IMG/VR virus record: IMGVR_UViG_3300010373_000002
Span: 32,001 to 96,000 of that record
From: a virus
Reading direction: 5' to 3' (one strand)
DNA: 64,000 nt
How positions within the stretch are numbered: position 1 is the first letter of the stretch; the number at the start of each line of letters is the position of its first letter. The notes under the pieces were generated by a model. That model had not been told where the DNA came from, did not search any database, and saw nothing but the letters and a program-made list of their open reading frames with translations. Both the position numbers and the translations under genes were made by a program. Below are positions 45,395 to 54,648 of this stretch, piece by piece.

Positions 45395-46533
45395 GCGACC
45401 GTTACCCTTCGATCGAAGACGAGCAGATCGACCAAGCATTCATCGACGAGTTTATCGACGCCACCTTCGAGTTCGGCCGCGATTACGGCCCGCTCGGCGA
45501 ATTCGAATACCCCAAAGACCTCCAGAAAGCCGCGAACGCGAAGTGGCGAATCCACTTGAGCGGCTATCAAAAATTAGGCAACTTCGTTCGGGTTGCACCT
45601 AAGTACGACCCTTTAACGACCGAACTCGACAACGGGCACGCCACCTTCTTTACGCAATGCTCCCTATTGCACTCCAAGGAAGGCTACTTTCGCGGGGCGG
45701 CTGTCGGTGAGTGTAACACGCGGGAGAAGCCCAGTACGGCAAAAGTTTGCCCGAAGTGCAATAAAGCGGCAATCGCCAAGTCTTCATACGAAGGCGAGGG
45801 CTACTACTGTAACGGCAAAAAAGGCGGCTGCTACGCCAAGTTCGGCCTAAACGATAAAGCGATCACCGAACAATCCGGGACGGAATTGCCGGGCTGGGAG
45901 ATGCGCAATAAAGCAGTCAAGATGGCGATGATCCGCAGCTACGAGAGCGCGGTCGGCTTCTTGACCGGGACCGGCGACTATTTCTCGGGCGAGGCCGGCA
46001 TCCGTCTCAAGGCGAAAGCCCTCGGCCTCAAAGCGCCGCAGCAGACTCCACGCAAGGAAGTCGCCAAACCTTCACCCAAGGCCCCTAGCGAGTCTCCCAA
46101 GGCATCGACGCCGACTCCCAAGCCGGATACCCCTAAAGAGGAGACGAAGCCTACAGCGTCAAAGGCGGACGCCAGGGCGGAAGTCGAGAAGGTAGCCAAA
46201 GAGGTATTAGAGTCTAAACTCGGCCAAGCGTCCAAGGAAGAGGTTTCGGCCCACATCAAGAAAGCGCTCGCGGATTGCGAGGCGATCTTCAAGGTCAACC
46301 ATCCCAAGATCGCGCCGCCGGTGATTAAGATCGCCTATGTCAGCGGCGAACTCTACAAGAAGATTCTCGGCGACAAGGCCGTCGAAGCCGCCGGAAAAGA
46401 CGAATGGTTCGCGGCGATCTCGGCCGACTACCAAGCGTCGCCGGCGAAGGTCAAGGATCGGATCACGGGCATCTACCAAGAGTACGTCTCCATGTTGCTC
46501 GGTGACCAATCCGAATTCGGGAAGGGGATTTGA
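45385..46533 (+). CDS. putative ssDNA-annealing/recombination protein with Zn-finger insertion
   Basis: VGECNTRE..CPKC..YYC..KKGGC.AKF..N.AVKMA..R..A....TG..DYF; P/K-rich linker. Confidence 0.55.
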   Translation: MPLSDRYPSIEDEQIDQAFIDEFIDATFEFGRDYGPLGEFEYPKDLQKAANAKWRIHLSGYQKLGNFVRVAPKYDPLTTELDNGHATFFTQCSLLHSKEGYFRGAAVGECNTREKPSTAKVCPKCNKAAIAKSSYEGEGYYCNGKKGGCYAKFGLNDKAITEQSGTELPGWEMRNKAVKMAMIRSYESAVGFLTGTGDYFSGEAGIRLKAKALGLKAPQQTPRKEVAKPSPKAPSESPKASTPTPKPDTPKEETKPTASKADARAEVEKVAKEVLESKLGQASKEEVSAHIKKALADCEAIFKVNHPKIAPPVIKIAYVSGELYKKILGDKAVEAAGKDEWFAAISADYQASPAKVKDRITGIYQEYVSMLLGDQSEFGKGI

Positions 46534-46541
46534 GTTGAACT

Positions 46542-47483
46542 ATGAGCAAAGAAGAACCTACCGCAGACCACATCTTCAGCGAAGAGGATGTGGAGGCCGC
46601 ACGGATGCTGGCCCGCTTCTACCGCTCGATCGGCTTGAATCCGCTCCCGTCCTTGGGCGGCAGGCCGATGTTGAAGTTTTCCAAGTATCGCGAGGAATTG
46701 GTCCGCGACGAATTGTTTGATAAGTTTTGGACTCCCCAACTGGACGGCAGGTTTTACACTCCCTCGATCCAAGTTCTGACGGGTCGGCGTTGGCGATTGC
46801 TAGTAGTGGATTGCGACGGCGAAGAAGGCAAAGAATGGTGGTTCTCGAACCACTATCACGAGCGAACGTGGGTCATTGAAACAGGCGGAGGCGGCGTTCA
46901 TGTCTGGTACAGGCTCCCCAAAAACATTCCCTTCGAAGTCGGCTTTGCAACCCTCTGGAAAGGGGAAGGCAAACATAACGCCGTCGAGCGATTGTGCGAC
47001 GGAAGACAAGCCGTCTCGCCGCCGTCGATCCATCGGAAGACAGGCGTCAAGTACCGATTCCGATCAAAAGCGGAAAGCTACGAACGGCTCAGTCAACCGG
47101 CCTTATGTCAGCCTTGGGTGTACGAGTTCCGACATGAAGTCAAGGAAGCCGAAAACCCTATTCTCTTGAAGAGGCGTCCCAACGAGGATGTCGGCGACGT
47201 CCGCGATTTGATCGACTCGATCCATGACAAGGCCGCGTTGGCGCGATCATGGGGATTGGACATCGTTGGCGACCGCGAGAACTCGGACGGCTGGATTCCT
47301 TGCCGAGTCTTCTACCGCCAAGACCGCGATCCCAGCGCGTCGTTCTCGCCGTCCACCGGCAACTATTGGGACGCGGACCAAGGTAAAGTAATCACCTTCT
47401 TGGAACTCGCCGTGATGCTTGGTCCTTACACTGATAAGCGAGACGCGGTTCAATCCTTCCAACAATACTATGGCTCTCAATAG
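46542..47483 (+). CDS. bifunctional primase-polymerase (Prim-Pol) domain protein
   Basis: G.NPLP, LTG..LLVVDCD, TGGGGVH.WY, V.PPSIH..TG..Y. Confidence 0.88.
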   Translation: MSKEEPTADHIFSEEDVEAARMLARFYRSIGLNPLPSLGGRPMLKFSKYREELVRDELFDKFWTPQLDGRFYTPSIQVLTGRRWRLLVVDCDGEEGKEWWFSNHYHERTWVIETGGGGVHVWYRLPKNIPFEVGFATLWKGEGKHNAVERLCDGRQAVSPPSIHRKTGVKYRFRSKAESYERLSQPALCQPWVYEFRHEVKEAENPILLKRRPNEDVGDVRDLIDSIHDKAALARSWGLDIVGDRENSDGWIPCRVFYRQDRDPSASFSPSTGNYWDADQGKVITFLELAVMLGPYTDKRDAVQSFQQYYGSQ

Positions 47484-47491
47484 GAGTTTTT

Positions 47492-48460
47492 ATGCGATCG
47501 GCGATTATGATGGAGTTGGTGGACGAGCAAGAACTTTTGGCGACGTTGGAATCTCGGCTTGAAGCCAAGCTGTCCGCGTTCATGGAGGTAGGCGAAATCC
47601 TTTCGGAGATCATGGAGAAGCGACTCTATCGGCATGAGTACGCCACCTTCGAGGATTACGTCGAAGGCCGTTGGGATTTAGGAAAGAGACAGGCTCATCG
47701 AATTTTAAGCGCTCACGAAACTTCTCTGGCGATTGCCAGGGAAGTAAATGGAACAGAACTCGCAAACAATAAGCATGTTAAAATTTGTGACCCAGTGGGT
47801 CACTTTTCGGAACCCGCCGAGAAACCAATCGTGGTTCTCCCGAAGTCTGAAAGGCAGGTTCGTCCGCTGACAAAACTTCCTAAAGACGAAAGGACGGCGG
47901 CGTGGAAAGAGGCGGTCGAGAACGACGGCGGACAACCTACGGCGAAAACGATCGAAAGAGTGGTTGCCGCGAAACGCGACAATAAACGTGACAAAGACAA
48001 AGAGAAAAGTGACAATCCTGAAACGAAGTTGACTTGCGTCGTTGAAGACTCTATCGACGATTTCGCGGAAGCGACCGCCGCTCCCGAACCCACTCCGGTT
48101 CTCGCTCCCGTCATTCCGCCGGAACCGACCGACGAAGAGTGGGTCCAGTCGCTCCATCTCTACAAGCGGCTTGCCGGCCAACAGCGGGATTGGTTCGTCG
48201 AAGACGCGCTCGCTTATCGCAAGATGGAGCCGACGATCCGGCGCGATGCCGAGGAAGCCAGGGCGAAGCTGCCTAAACCGAAGAAAGGGGAGCGTCAGCC
48301 GCCGTTCTTGTACCGAGCGTGGCGCTGGGCGAGAAGCGAGCATCCTCGTCACTGGAACCTTTGCCCCGGTCCCGAGGACGGCGGATGCAACGGGACGGGA
48401 GTTCGGCCTGTGTGGAACGATACCTGCCTCAAGTGCAGAGGAGCGGGGTACTTCGCCTAA
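47492..48460 (+). CDS. putative DNA-binding protein with in-gene palindrome and C-terminal Zn finger
   Basis: F.EVG..L.EI...RLYR..YATFEDY...RW, SERQ.RPL..L, AW..AVE..PTA; CPGP..GCNGTG..C..CRG.G. Confidence 0.75.
   Translation: MRSAIMMELVDEQELLATLESRLEAKLSAFMEVGEILSEIMEKRLYRHEYATFEDYVEGRWDLGKRQAHRILSAHETSLAIAREVNGTELANNKHVKICDPVGHFSEPAEKPIVVLPKSERQVRPLTKLPKDERTAAWKEAVENDGGQPTAKTIERVVAAKRDNKRDKDKEKSDNPETKLTCVVEDSIDDFAEATAAPEPTPVLAPVIPPEPTDEEWVQSLHLYKRLAGQQRDWFVEDALAYRKMEPTIRRDAEEARAKLPKPKKGERQPPFLYRAWRWARSEHPRHWNLCPGPEDGGCNGTGVRPVWNDTCLKCRGAGYFA
47769..47805. promoter_or_regulatory. perfect palindrome GTGACCCA-G-TGGGTCAC (47787-47803) with AT-rich flank; candidate operator/parS-like site
   Basis: 8-bp arms, 1-bp spacer; second copy at 6619-6655. 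Confidence 0.55.
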
Positions 48461-50253
48461 TGATCGCCGGAATATTCGGCGATCCCTTTTCCCTCCGTCC
48501 GACCGATATCAAACTCCATTATTACCAGCGTGAAGCCTTTGACGGCGTAAGGGAGGAATTCCTACGCGGCGTTATGAGGACGCTTGTCGTTATGGCGACT
48601 GGTACGGGCAAGACGATCGTCTTTGGGGCAATCGCCAGAAGCGCGGTGGAGAAGCGGAAACGAGTCTTAGTGGTAGTGCCCTGGGACTCGCTCGTAAACC
48701 AAGCCATTGAGACCTTGACCGATTACGGCATGGAGCCGGCATTAGAAAAGGCCGAGTCTTACGCCCGCGCATTCGACGATCCGGCGGTCGTTGTCGCCTC
48801 GAAGCAGTCGATGGTCGGCGAGCGGTTGGCGTCCTGGCCGAAGGACTATTTCGATTTGATCATCGACGACGAATCGCATCATATCGTCTCATCGACGGGC
48901 ATCTCCCTTATTAGCCATTTCTCCAAGGCTCGACTGGTCGGATTCACGGCGACTCCCGAGCGAGCGGACGGCGAGAACCTGGGCGATGTCTTTGAGTCGA
49001 TCGCTTACCAATACAATATGTGGAAGGGGATGGATGATCCGCAGGGACCGTTCCTGTCCAAGATGACCATCGTCGATATTCCGACCGGCGTCGATCTCCG
49101 CAACATCAAGACGACGCGGAAGAACGACTTCTCTATCACCGAGCTAGAAGAGGCGATCGGCCCTCACGTCGCCACCCTGGCGAAAGCGATCGTCGCGGCC
49201 ACGGGCGACCGCCAGACTGTTATATTCACGCCGGACGTGGGATCGGCCACCGCTTTCTATTCGGCGATGGTGGGGAACGCGGAGCGTGGCTTGAAGGGCT
49301 TGGGCGTGACTGCGGATTGGATCAGCGGCGACCGGCCGGACGGGGCCGACGTAACGAAGGCGTTCAAAAAAGGCAACATTCAGTACGTCGCGAACTGCAA
49401 CAAATACACGGAGGGGTTCGACCACGAAGGAATCCAAGCCATTGCTTTGTGCCATCCGACCAAATCAAAGTCGCGACTCATCCAGCAAATCGGCCGGGGA
49501 ACGCGGATCGACCGGAGGCCCGGTTCGAGCAAAAAGAACTTTCTTGTCTTAGACTTTCAATGGATGATGAAAGACATCAGAGATCGCATTCGGCCGGTGG
49601 ATTTAATTTACACTGGACGGTATGAACTGAAAGATGGTAAGATACAAGAAGAGTCGTGCTCGGAGAAGACCACGAAGAAACGCCGCGAAGTCATGGATAT
49701 GGCCGACCAAATCATCAAAGAGAAGCCGGGGATCGAGTTGATCCAAGCGATCCACGCGGCCAAAGAGCGGATTCGCGAGCGAAACAAGAAGTCGCTGCCC
49801 GGCATCGCCGAGGACGAAGAGACGAAGCGGGGCAAGGCAAAGGGCCGGCAGGTTCTCTTGGTGGACGCGAAACCGGATGAGAAGCAAGAGTTCCGCATGA
49901 CGACATGGGAGCCGGTCGAGTACGGCGCGACGAACACGGAGACGGTCCCGACGACGAAGCGGCTCCAAGAGGCCGATCGCTGGCAAGGGACGATCACCGA
50001 ACCGCAAAAGAAAGCCTTGATGGCGCGAACCAAAGGGAAGATGCCGGACCTGGACAAGTTGTCCAAGCGGCGAGCGGGTTACTTGATCGGCTGGCTACTT
50101 GAGAGGAGCAATAAGGGATTGGCGACATACCCTCAGATGATTTCCTTGATCAAATCCGGCATCCCGGAGAACGTGGCAAACAAGTACACGTTCGAGGAAG
50201 CCGATAAACGCCTTGAGGCGCTTTTTGGAAGCAAGAAGAAGCGGAAGGCGTGA
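48460..50253 (+). CDS. superfamily 2 DEAD/DEAH-box helicase
   Basis: YQ, MATGTGKT, DESHH, GFTATP, TEGFD, QQIGRGTR. Confidence 0.95.
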   Translation: MIAGIFGDPFSLRPTDIKLHYYQREAFDGVREEFLRGVMRTLVVMATGTGKTIVFGAIARSAVEKRKRVLVVVPWDSLVNQAIETLTDYGMEPALEKAESYARAFDDPAVVVASKQSMVGERLASWPKDYFDLIIDDESHHIVSSTGISLISHFSKARLVGFTATPERADGENLGDVFESIAYQYNMWKGMDDPQGPFLSKMTIVDIPTGVDLRNIKTTRKNDFSITELEEAIGPHVATLAKAIVAATGDRQTVIFTPDVGSATAFYSAMVGNAERGLKGLGVTADWISGDRPDGADVTKAFKKGNIQYVANCNKYTEGFDHEGIQAIALCHPTKSKSRLIQQIGRGTRIDRRPGSSKKNFLVLDFQWMMKDIRDRIRPVDLIYTGRYELKDGKIQEESCSEKTTKKRREVMDMADQIIKEKPGIELIQAIHAAKERIRERNKKSLPGIAEDEETKRGKAKGRQVLLVDAKPDEKQEFRMTTWEPVEYGATNTETVPTTKRLQEADRWQGTITEPQKKALMARTKGKMPDLDKLSKRRAGYLIGWLLERSNKGLATYPQMISLIKSGIPENVANKYTFEEADKRLEALFGSKKKRKA

Positions 50254-50274
50254 GTAGCGAAAAACGCAGAGGAT

Positions 50275-50619
50275 AGACACAAGTTGGTTCGCCTGAAAAC
50301 GGCGACAGGTTCGGGACGGCCCTTCCTGACAAAAAAAGTCTTGGCCGTGCAGTGAAAAAAGCTGCTGGGGTTACAACCTCCCCCAGCGATTGCCAGAGGT
50401 ATATCTAGCCGGGGGCCTCGTTCGCACGCCCGAAACCACCTATTATCCCGAGAAGGGTTTTCCAAGCAACGCGGAGCAGTAACGATCTGCCACAGGGGCC
50501 GCGTCTTGGTCGATATGGCATGTAGCCACTCTGATTGCCGGAGTGGTTTGAAAAAATGGTGGGTCAGTACGGTTAGTAGTGCGGGAATCTGCAATAAGTT
50601 TTTGGTAGTGCTTGTGTCT
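50275..50619. other. 345-nt densely structured non-coding element (candidate ncRNA or replication origin)
   Basis: closing helix AGACACAAG/CTTGTGTCT encloses at least six hairpins; no credible ORF. Confidence 0.45.
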
Positions 50620-50721
50620 TAACGAACGAAGAAGCAAAGCCTCCGCATAATACTAATATGCCGGGGGGATGACCCCACTCTGTATTGGTGAAATTAACTA
50701 ATTAGTTTTCAAACCAGACTC

Positions 50722-50750
50722 TTGACTTTTCATCGTGACACTGTTACTAT
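50722..50750 (+). promoter_or_regulatory. sigma70 promoter
   Basis: TTGACT-N17-TACTAT. Confidence 0.65.
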
Positions 50751-50806
50751 TATTGAGTAGAGATCGTCGAGTGGATTTCAAGCACTTCGCGAGAGGAGTG
50801 AAAGCC

Positions 50807-51484
50807 GTGAGCTACGCCAGAACAGTCACCGGCCAAAAAATCGCGTTCCGAGTAAAACTGAAAGAGATGGGTTTCTCTTCCTATGCCGACTATCTTCGAT
50901 CCGCCCACTGGCGACGCATTCGAGAAGAGTACGTTGCCTCTAAACTTTCAGAGCGATGCGCTCTTTGTGGTCGCGACGAATACCAACTCCACCACAAGAG
51001 CTACGCCCGTCTGGGTCGGGAACTCTTGATGGATTTCGTCGCATTGTGCGGCCAATGCCATTCGGCTTTACACAGAGAGTCGGAATCCGAAGGAATCCAA
51101 CTCTCGACTCCTCATGCGGCGATCCGGTCAATGACTGGCATGGGCAAAGGTAAGGCGAAAAGGACGGCGTACTCTTCGACGCTGTATGGAACCCGATGGA
51201 TTCCGCGAGGGCTTAAAGACTTAAGAAGGATGTATTGCAAACTCGGGAAAACCGGAACAACGATGCAGCACGAGCGGTTAGTGGGTGGAGACCTTCCTAA
51301 TTTCTGTCTCATGACAGAAAGGAACGCTTCGGAATACTGCCGAGTTTTAACGGGAGTCGAATACAATACCGATTTCAATCCAAAGGTGGCCGACGAGAAA
51401 CCAGCCAATATTCTAATTTTTGACTCCACCCGGCCACAATCCGACAAACGGCTTTCCTTTGGAGGTTGTCTCGGCGATGACTAA
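50807..51484 (+). CDS. HNH endonuclease-like protein
   Basis: Y..YL.S.HW...R..CALC..QLHH.SY.RLG.E...D..ALC..CH...H; GAGGAG RBS. Confidence 0.85.
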   Translation: MSYARTVTGQKIAFRVKLKEMGFSSYADYLRSAHWRRIREEYVASKLSERCALCGRDEYQLHHKSYARLGRELLMDFVALCGQCHSALHRESESEGIQLSTPHAAIRSMTGMGKGKAKRTAYSSTLYGTRWIPRGLKDLRRMYCKLGKTGTTMQHERLVGGDLPNFCLMTERNASEYCRVLTGVEYNTDFNPKVADEKPANILIFDSTRPQSDKRLSFGGCLGDD

Positions 51485-51749
51485 GCCTAAGTGGTATCAA
51501 ACCGGCTGGTTCCGACTCGCCTTCGTGCTCGCTCTCGGCTTTGAGGCCTGCTACGCACTCGGCGGGTTGCGGTTCTTCGGTCTCGTTTCCTTGCATGTCG
51601 GCATCGGCCTTCTGATTTTGGCCGGCGTCTTGTTGACGATCGCCGCCACATTGGCGCTTTTCTATGTCGCCGTCTCCGAGGTCTGGGAGTGGTTTCGGGA
51701 GAGGCGTTTCAAGCAGGAAGCCCTCAAAGGAAAGGCTGACGAATTATGA
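51477..51749 (+). CDS. membrane protein
   Basis: GGAGG RBS; 2-3 hydrophobic helices. Confidence 0.7.
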   Translation: MTKPKWYQTGWFRLAFVLALGFEACYALGGLRFFGLVSLHVGIGLLILAGVLLTIAATLALFYVAVSEVWEWFRERRFKQEALKGKADEL

Positions 51750-51922
51750 AAATTCTCAAGCGGATATTACGAAACTTGCTCTTGGTCTCTCCGATCCCGA
51801 TCTTTTTCTTTATTCTCTATGCCGTTTTCTACGCCTTTCCTATTCTCGGAGGCCCTGTTTATTTCCCGGCGATATGCCTTATTGTCGTCCTTTTCGGCCT
51901 ATTACTCGGAATGAAAGTATAA
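51746..51922 (+). CDS. 58-aa two-TM membrane protein
   Basis: MKILKRILRNLLLVSPIPIFFFILYAVFYAFPILGGPVYFPAICLIVVLFGLLLGMKV; ATGA overlap; absent from ORF track. Confidence 0.65.
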   Translation: MKILKRILRNLLLVSPIPIFFFILYAVFYAFPILGGPVYFPAICLIVVLFGLLLGMKV

Positions 51923-51924
51923 CT

Positions 51925-52155
51925 ATGACACTATTGACAGCGATCCGCATCTACGGCCCCATAGACCCCGACGTGGCGTTCTCGAAGTGTACGGGGAGTC
52001 TTCGCCAGCTCTGTGCCAGGTCGATCATCTTGGAGCGCATAGGCCACATCAAGACACTCCGGGACGGCAAACTGGACGTGACCGAGAAGGGTCGGAAATG
52101 GTGGGCCGAGACATACGCTCGGCGACGTGCCGAAACCGAATGCTGCGGGGTCTGA
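51925..52155 (+). CDS. small winged-helix-like protein
   Basis: LERIGHI....GKLDVTEKGR wing motif. Confidence 0.55.
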   Translation: MTLLTAIRIYGPIDPDVAFSKCTGSLRQLCARSIILERIGHIKTLRDGKLDVTEKGRKWWAETYARRRAETECCGV

Positions 52156-52275
52156 AAGGGGATGGCGATGGTTTGTGTTCGAGAGTCGCTTAGGCCGGGG
52201 TCATGTTTGCCTGAGTGCGGTTGCCGTCAAAGATCGGAAGATTTTGATCGTTATTGGGAAGGAGTTTTTGGAACC

Positions 52276-52704
52276 ATGAGAAAGTTTTTCGGTCGGTTAT
52301 GGGATTGGTTTCACCGCTGGATTCTCTGGGGTCCGGACGACTCGGTTCCCGAGTGGCAACCGGGATACGATAAGAATTCCGATCTTACGTGGGTCGAGGC
52401 GATGCAAGCGGAAATCGCCGCGTCGGAAGAGAACATCCAAAAGACCAAAGAGGAATCGCCGCCTCCGCTTGAAGTGGAAACCGAGTACACGTTCGAGAAC
52501 GAGCCTCTGACGGCTGAAGAAGAGGCGATCCTTAACGCCCTGCCTAAACCTGGCAGCCAAGACCCTAGAGAATTGTCTTTGGAGGAGTTTGCGAAAGCGC
52601 GGTACTACGCCTTTGTCGGCGATGGAATTTGGGTTGGGCCTTTCGTGGTCAAAGACGGCGATTTCAAAATAATTTGGGAACCGACTTTTCTGGCTTGCCT
52701 TTGA
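52276..52704 (+). CDS. hypothetical protein
   Basis: AAGGAG upstream of ATG 52276. Confidence 0.6.
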   Translation: MRKFFGRLWDWFHRWILWGPDDSVPEWQPGYDKNSDLTWVEAMQAEIAASEENIQKTKEESPPPLEVETEYTFENEPLTAEEEAILNALPKPGSQDPRELSLEEFAKARYYAFVGDGIWVGPFVVKDGDFKIIWEPTFLACL

Positions 52705-52767
52705 CGAGTGGTAAGCGTATACTGTGTTTGTGGCAGAGAAACGATCCGCATAGAAACGGGAGCGGTC

Positions 52768-53124
52768 ATGACCGACAGACATTTCACCGTAGGCCAAGTC
52801 GTCTGGACGTGCGAACAACCTTATGAGGGATCGGCCACGGACAAGAGCGGAAAACCGGCTCGTCCGCACGAAGTCAAGATTTTAGAGGTCGCCTTCGACG
52901 GAGAACGTCTTCGGTGCGATATGGACCATATCTATAGGAAACCAGAGTCATTTCATGCGGCCCGCCTTGAAGCGTTGAGAGTTTACGTCAGATTACTTTG
53001 GGAGGAGTGGGATCGCCTCGAAGACAAAATGAGAGCCGTTGACGACGAAGAAGACTGGGTTGACTCCGAGTTGGAGACAATGCTGAATCTTGAAGACAAG
53101 GAAAGGATCGCCAATGCCTCGTGA
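52768..53124 (+). CDS. hypothetical protein
   Basis: GGGAG RBS; FTVGQVVW start, acidic coiled coil. Confidence 0.7.
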   Translation: MTDRHFTVGQVVWTCEQPYEGSATDKSGKPARPHEVKILEVAFDGERLRCDMDHIYRKPESFHAARLEALRVYVRLLWEEWDRLEDKMRAVDDEEDWVDSELETMLNLEDKERIANAS

Positions 53125-53539
53125 ACGAACGCCCGTCTCGTGTGCTTTGGAACCGGAAACCGAGTCCGATAAGGCGTTCTTGAACAAGATCGGCCAACTG
53201 TTCAATCTTTACATGAGGCAGAGAGCCGTGCCGAAATACAAGGCCGCCGCCGAGAAAACCCGCAGAGAGGTCGCCATGCGGCTGTACGCCAGGAATTATA
53301 ACGACATGATCGACTCGCCGATCAACGTCAATCGCCATGTGCGCGTCGGTTCGTACAGGTTGACGGCGATCTCTCTGAATGACTTCGACATGATTAGAGC
53401 GCCGTTCGTGAACCACGCCCGAGTCAAGGGAATCAAGTGTAGAGACACGGAATCCCTTGAATATAAAGAGAAGAATAAGTGGACCCCGACCGATCCAAGA
53501 AATCTTTACCGCTTGAGGTTACATGAAGACTTTCAATAA
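53114..53539 (+). CDS. hypothetical protein
   Basis: AAGGA RBS; overlaps neighbours. Confidence 0.7.
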   Translation: MPRERTPVSCALEPETESDKAFLNKIGQLFNLYMRQRAVPKYKAAAEKTRREVAMRLYARNYNDMIDSPINVNRHVRVGSYRLTAISLNDFDMIRAPFVNHARVKGIKCRDTESLEYKEKNKWTPTDPRNLYRLRLHEDFQ

Positions 53540-54011
53540 GTTGGTTTTTTTGTCGGTATTATCTCTGATCGGCGTTACCTTTATCGGTCAATCGGCGGCG
53601 GGATTTCCTAAGCGGTTTGTCGTCACGGAAAATCACCAAAAGGCAACGATTACTAAAGGGGTCGAGTTGCATGTGAAATTACCTGAAATAAAACTTGGGT
53701 ATACGTGGCGTATGAAGCGTAAATATATCCAGTATACGGAATACCAAAGCGAGGACGAGAACCAACCGTTCGTTTCTACCCGAATGATTCCCACGGACGA
53801 TTTTGTTTTTCCCGATGAAATCCTTTCCTTCGTGGCCGTGACGACGAACCGTGTTAAAGCCAAAAGAAAGAAGGATTATCGGCAATCGGTCATCTATTTG
53901 TTCAAAGGAAAGAAGGTCGGCTCGGGTGTGATGGAGTTTGAGAGCACGTCTTTCTCGGCCGATTTTGTCCCGCACACGCAGCGATTCGAGGTCGAGGTCG
54001 AAGTCCAATAA
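53523..54011 (+). CDS. secreted protein, divergent chagasin-like (I42) cysteine-protease-inhibitor fold
   Basis: signal peptide; VTEN..ATITKGVELHVKLP....GYTW; YLFKGKKVGSGVMEF; RFEVEVEV match chagasin strand pattern; canonical loops altered. Confidence 0.5.
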   Translation: MKTFNKLVFLSVLSLIGVTFIGQSAAGFPKRFVVTENHQKATITKGVELHVKLPEIKLGYTWRMKRKYIQYTEYQSEDENQPFVSTRMIPTDDFVFPDEILSFVAVTTNRVKAKRKKDYRQSVIYLFKGKKVGSGVMEFESTSFSADFVPHTQRFEVEVEVQ

Positions 54012-54020
54012 GGATCAACA

Positions 54021-54443
54021 ATGTCTTCATCCACTTTCAGGCAAAACCCTTGCGATGGCGAACACGAGAGTAAGTATCACCGACGAAGCTATAACCGAAA
54101 GAAGCGAACCAAACCAAAAGGCATGAATCGGACGGAGGTCGCTTACCGCAAGGTTCTCGAACTAAGGAAAGGATTGGATGTCGGCGATATCGAGAGTTGC
54201 GTGTTCGAGGGTAAGACGTTTGTTTTGAGCGATAAGTACGAATGCAGTTACACGCCCGACTTTTTCGTTAAGCTGGTCGGCGGCGGAATCGAGTGCCACG
54301 AGGTCAAGGGTGGGCCGGCCAAAGACGACTCTAAGGTCAAGTTCAAGTGGGCGGCGGAAACTAATCCAACGATTAAGTTCTTTTGGTGCGTCGGCACTCG
54401 GGTAGACCGGGACATCCAATTCGATATTCGCGACCGTCCTTGA
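54021..54443 (+). CDS. DUF1064-like PD-(D/E)xK nuclease
   Basis: MNRTE..Y, FE...F.L, YTPDF, HEVKG, K.K.AA...P. Confidence 0.8.
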   Translation: MSSSTFRQNPCDGEHESKYHRRSYNRKKRTKPKGMNRTEVAYRKVLELRKGLDVGDIESCVFEGKTFVLSDKYECSYTPDFFVKLVGGGIECHEVKGGPAKDDSKVKFKWAAETNPTIKFFWCVGTRVDRDIQFDIRDRP

Positions 54444-54455
54444 AAGGAATCTTTT

Positions 54456-54647
54456 ATGTATCAATGTTTAACGTGCGGTGAAATCAGAGGCGTCTACTAC
54501 TCGCCGATCCAAAAGATGATGTGCTGTAGTAAGTGCGGACTTCCCGTCACGATCGCCGCCTCGAAGAAGACAGACATGGCGAGAATTCAGATGGATAGCC
54601 TGCTCAAGACAATGACGGCCGATACCCATGAGGAGTTAAAGGACTAA
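54456..54647 (+). CDS. small zinc-ribbon protein
   Basis: CLTC..CSKC; AAGGA RBS. Confidence 0.7.
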   Translation: MYQCLTCGEIRGVYYSPIQKMMCCSKCGLPVTIAASKKTDMARIQMDSLLKTMTADTHEELKD

Positions 54648-54648
54648 A

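Noticed and set aside
50275-51484. OMEGA/HEARO (omegaRNA + IscB) RNA-guided system
   Set aside because: The HNH protein has no PLMP or RuvC motifs, belongs to a common small phage HNH type and has its own promoter downstream of the structured element
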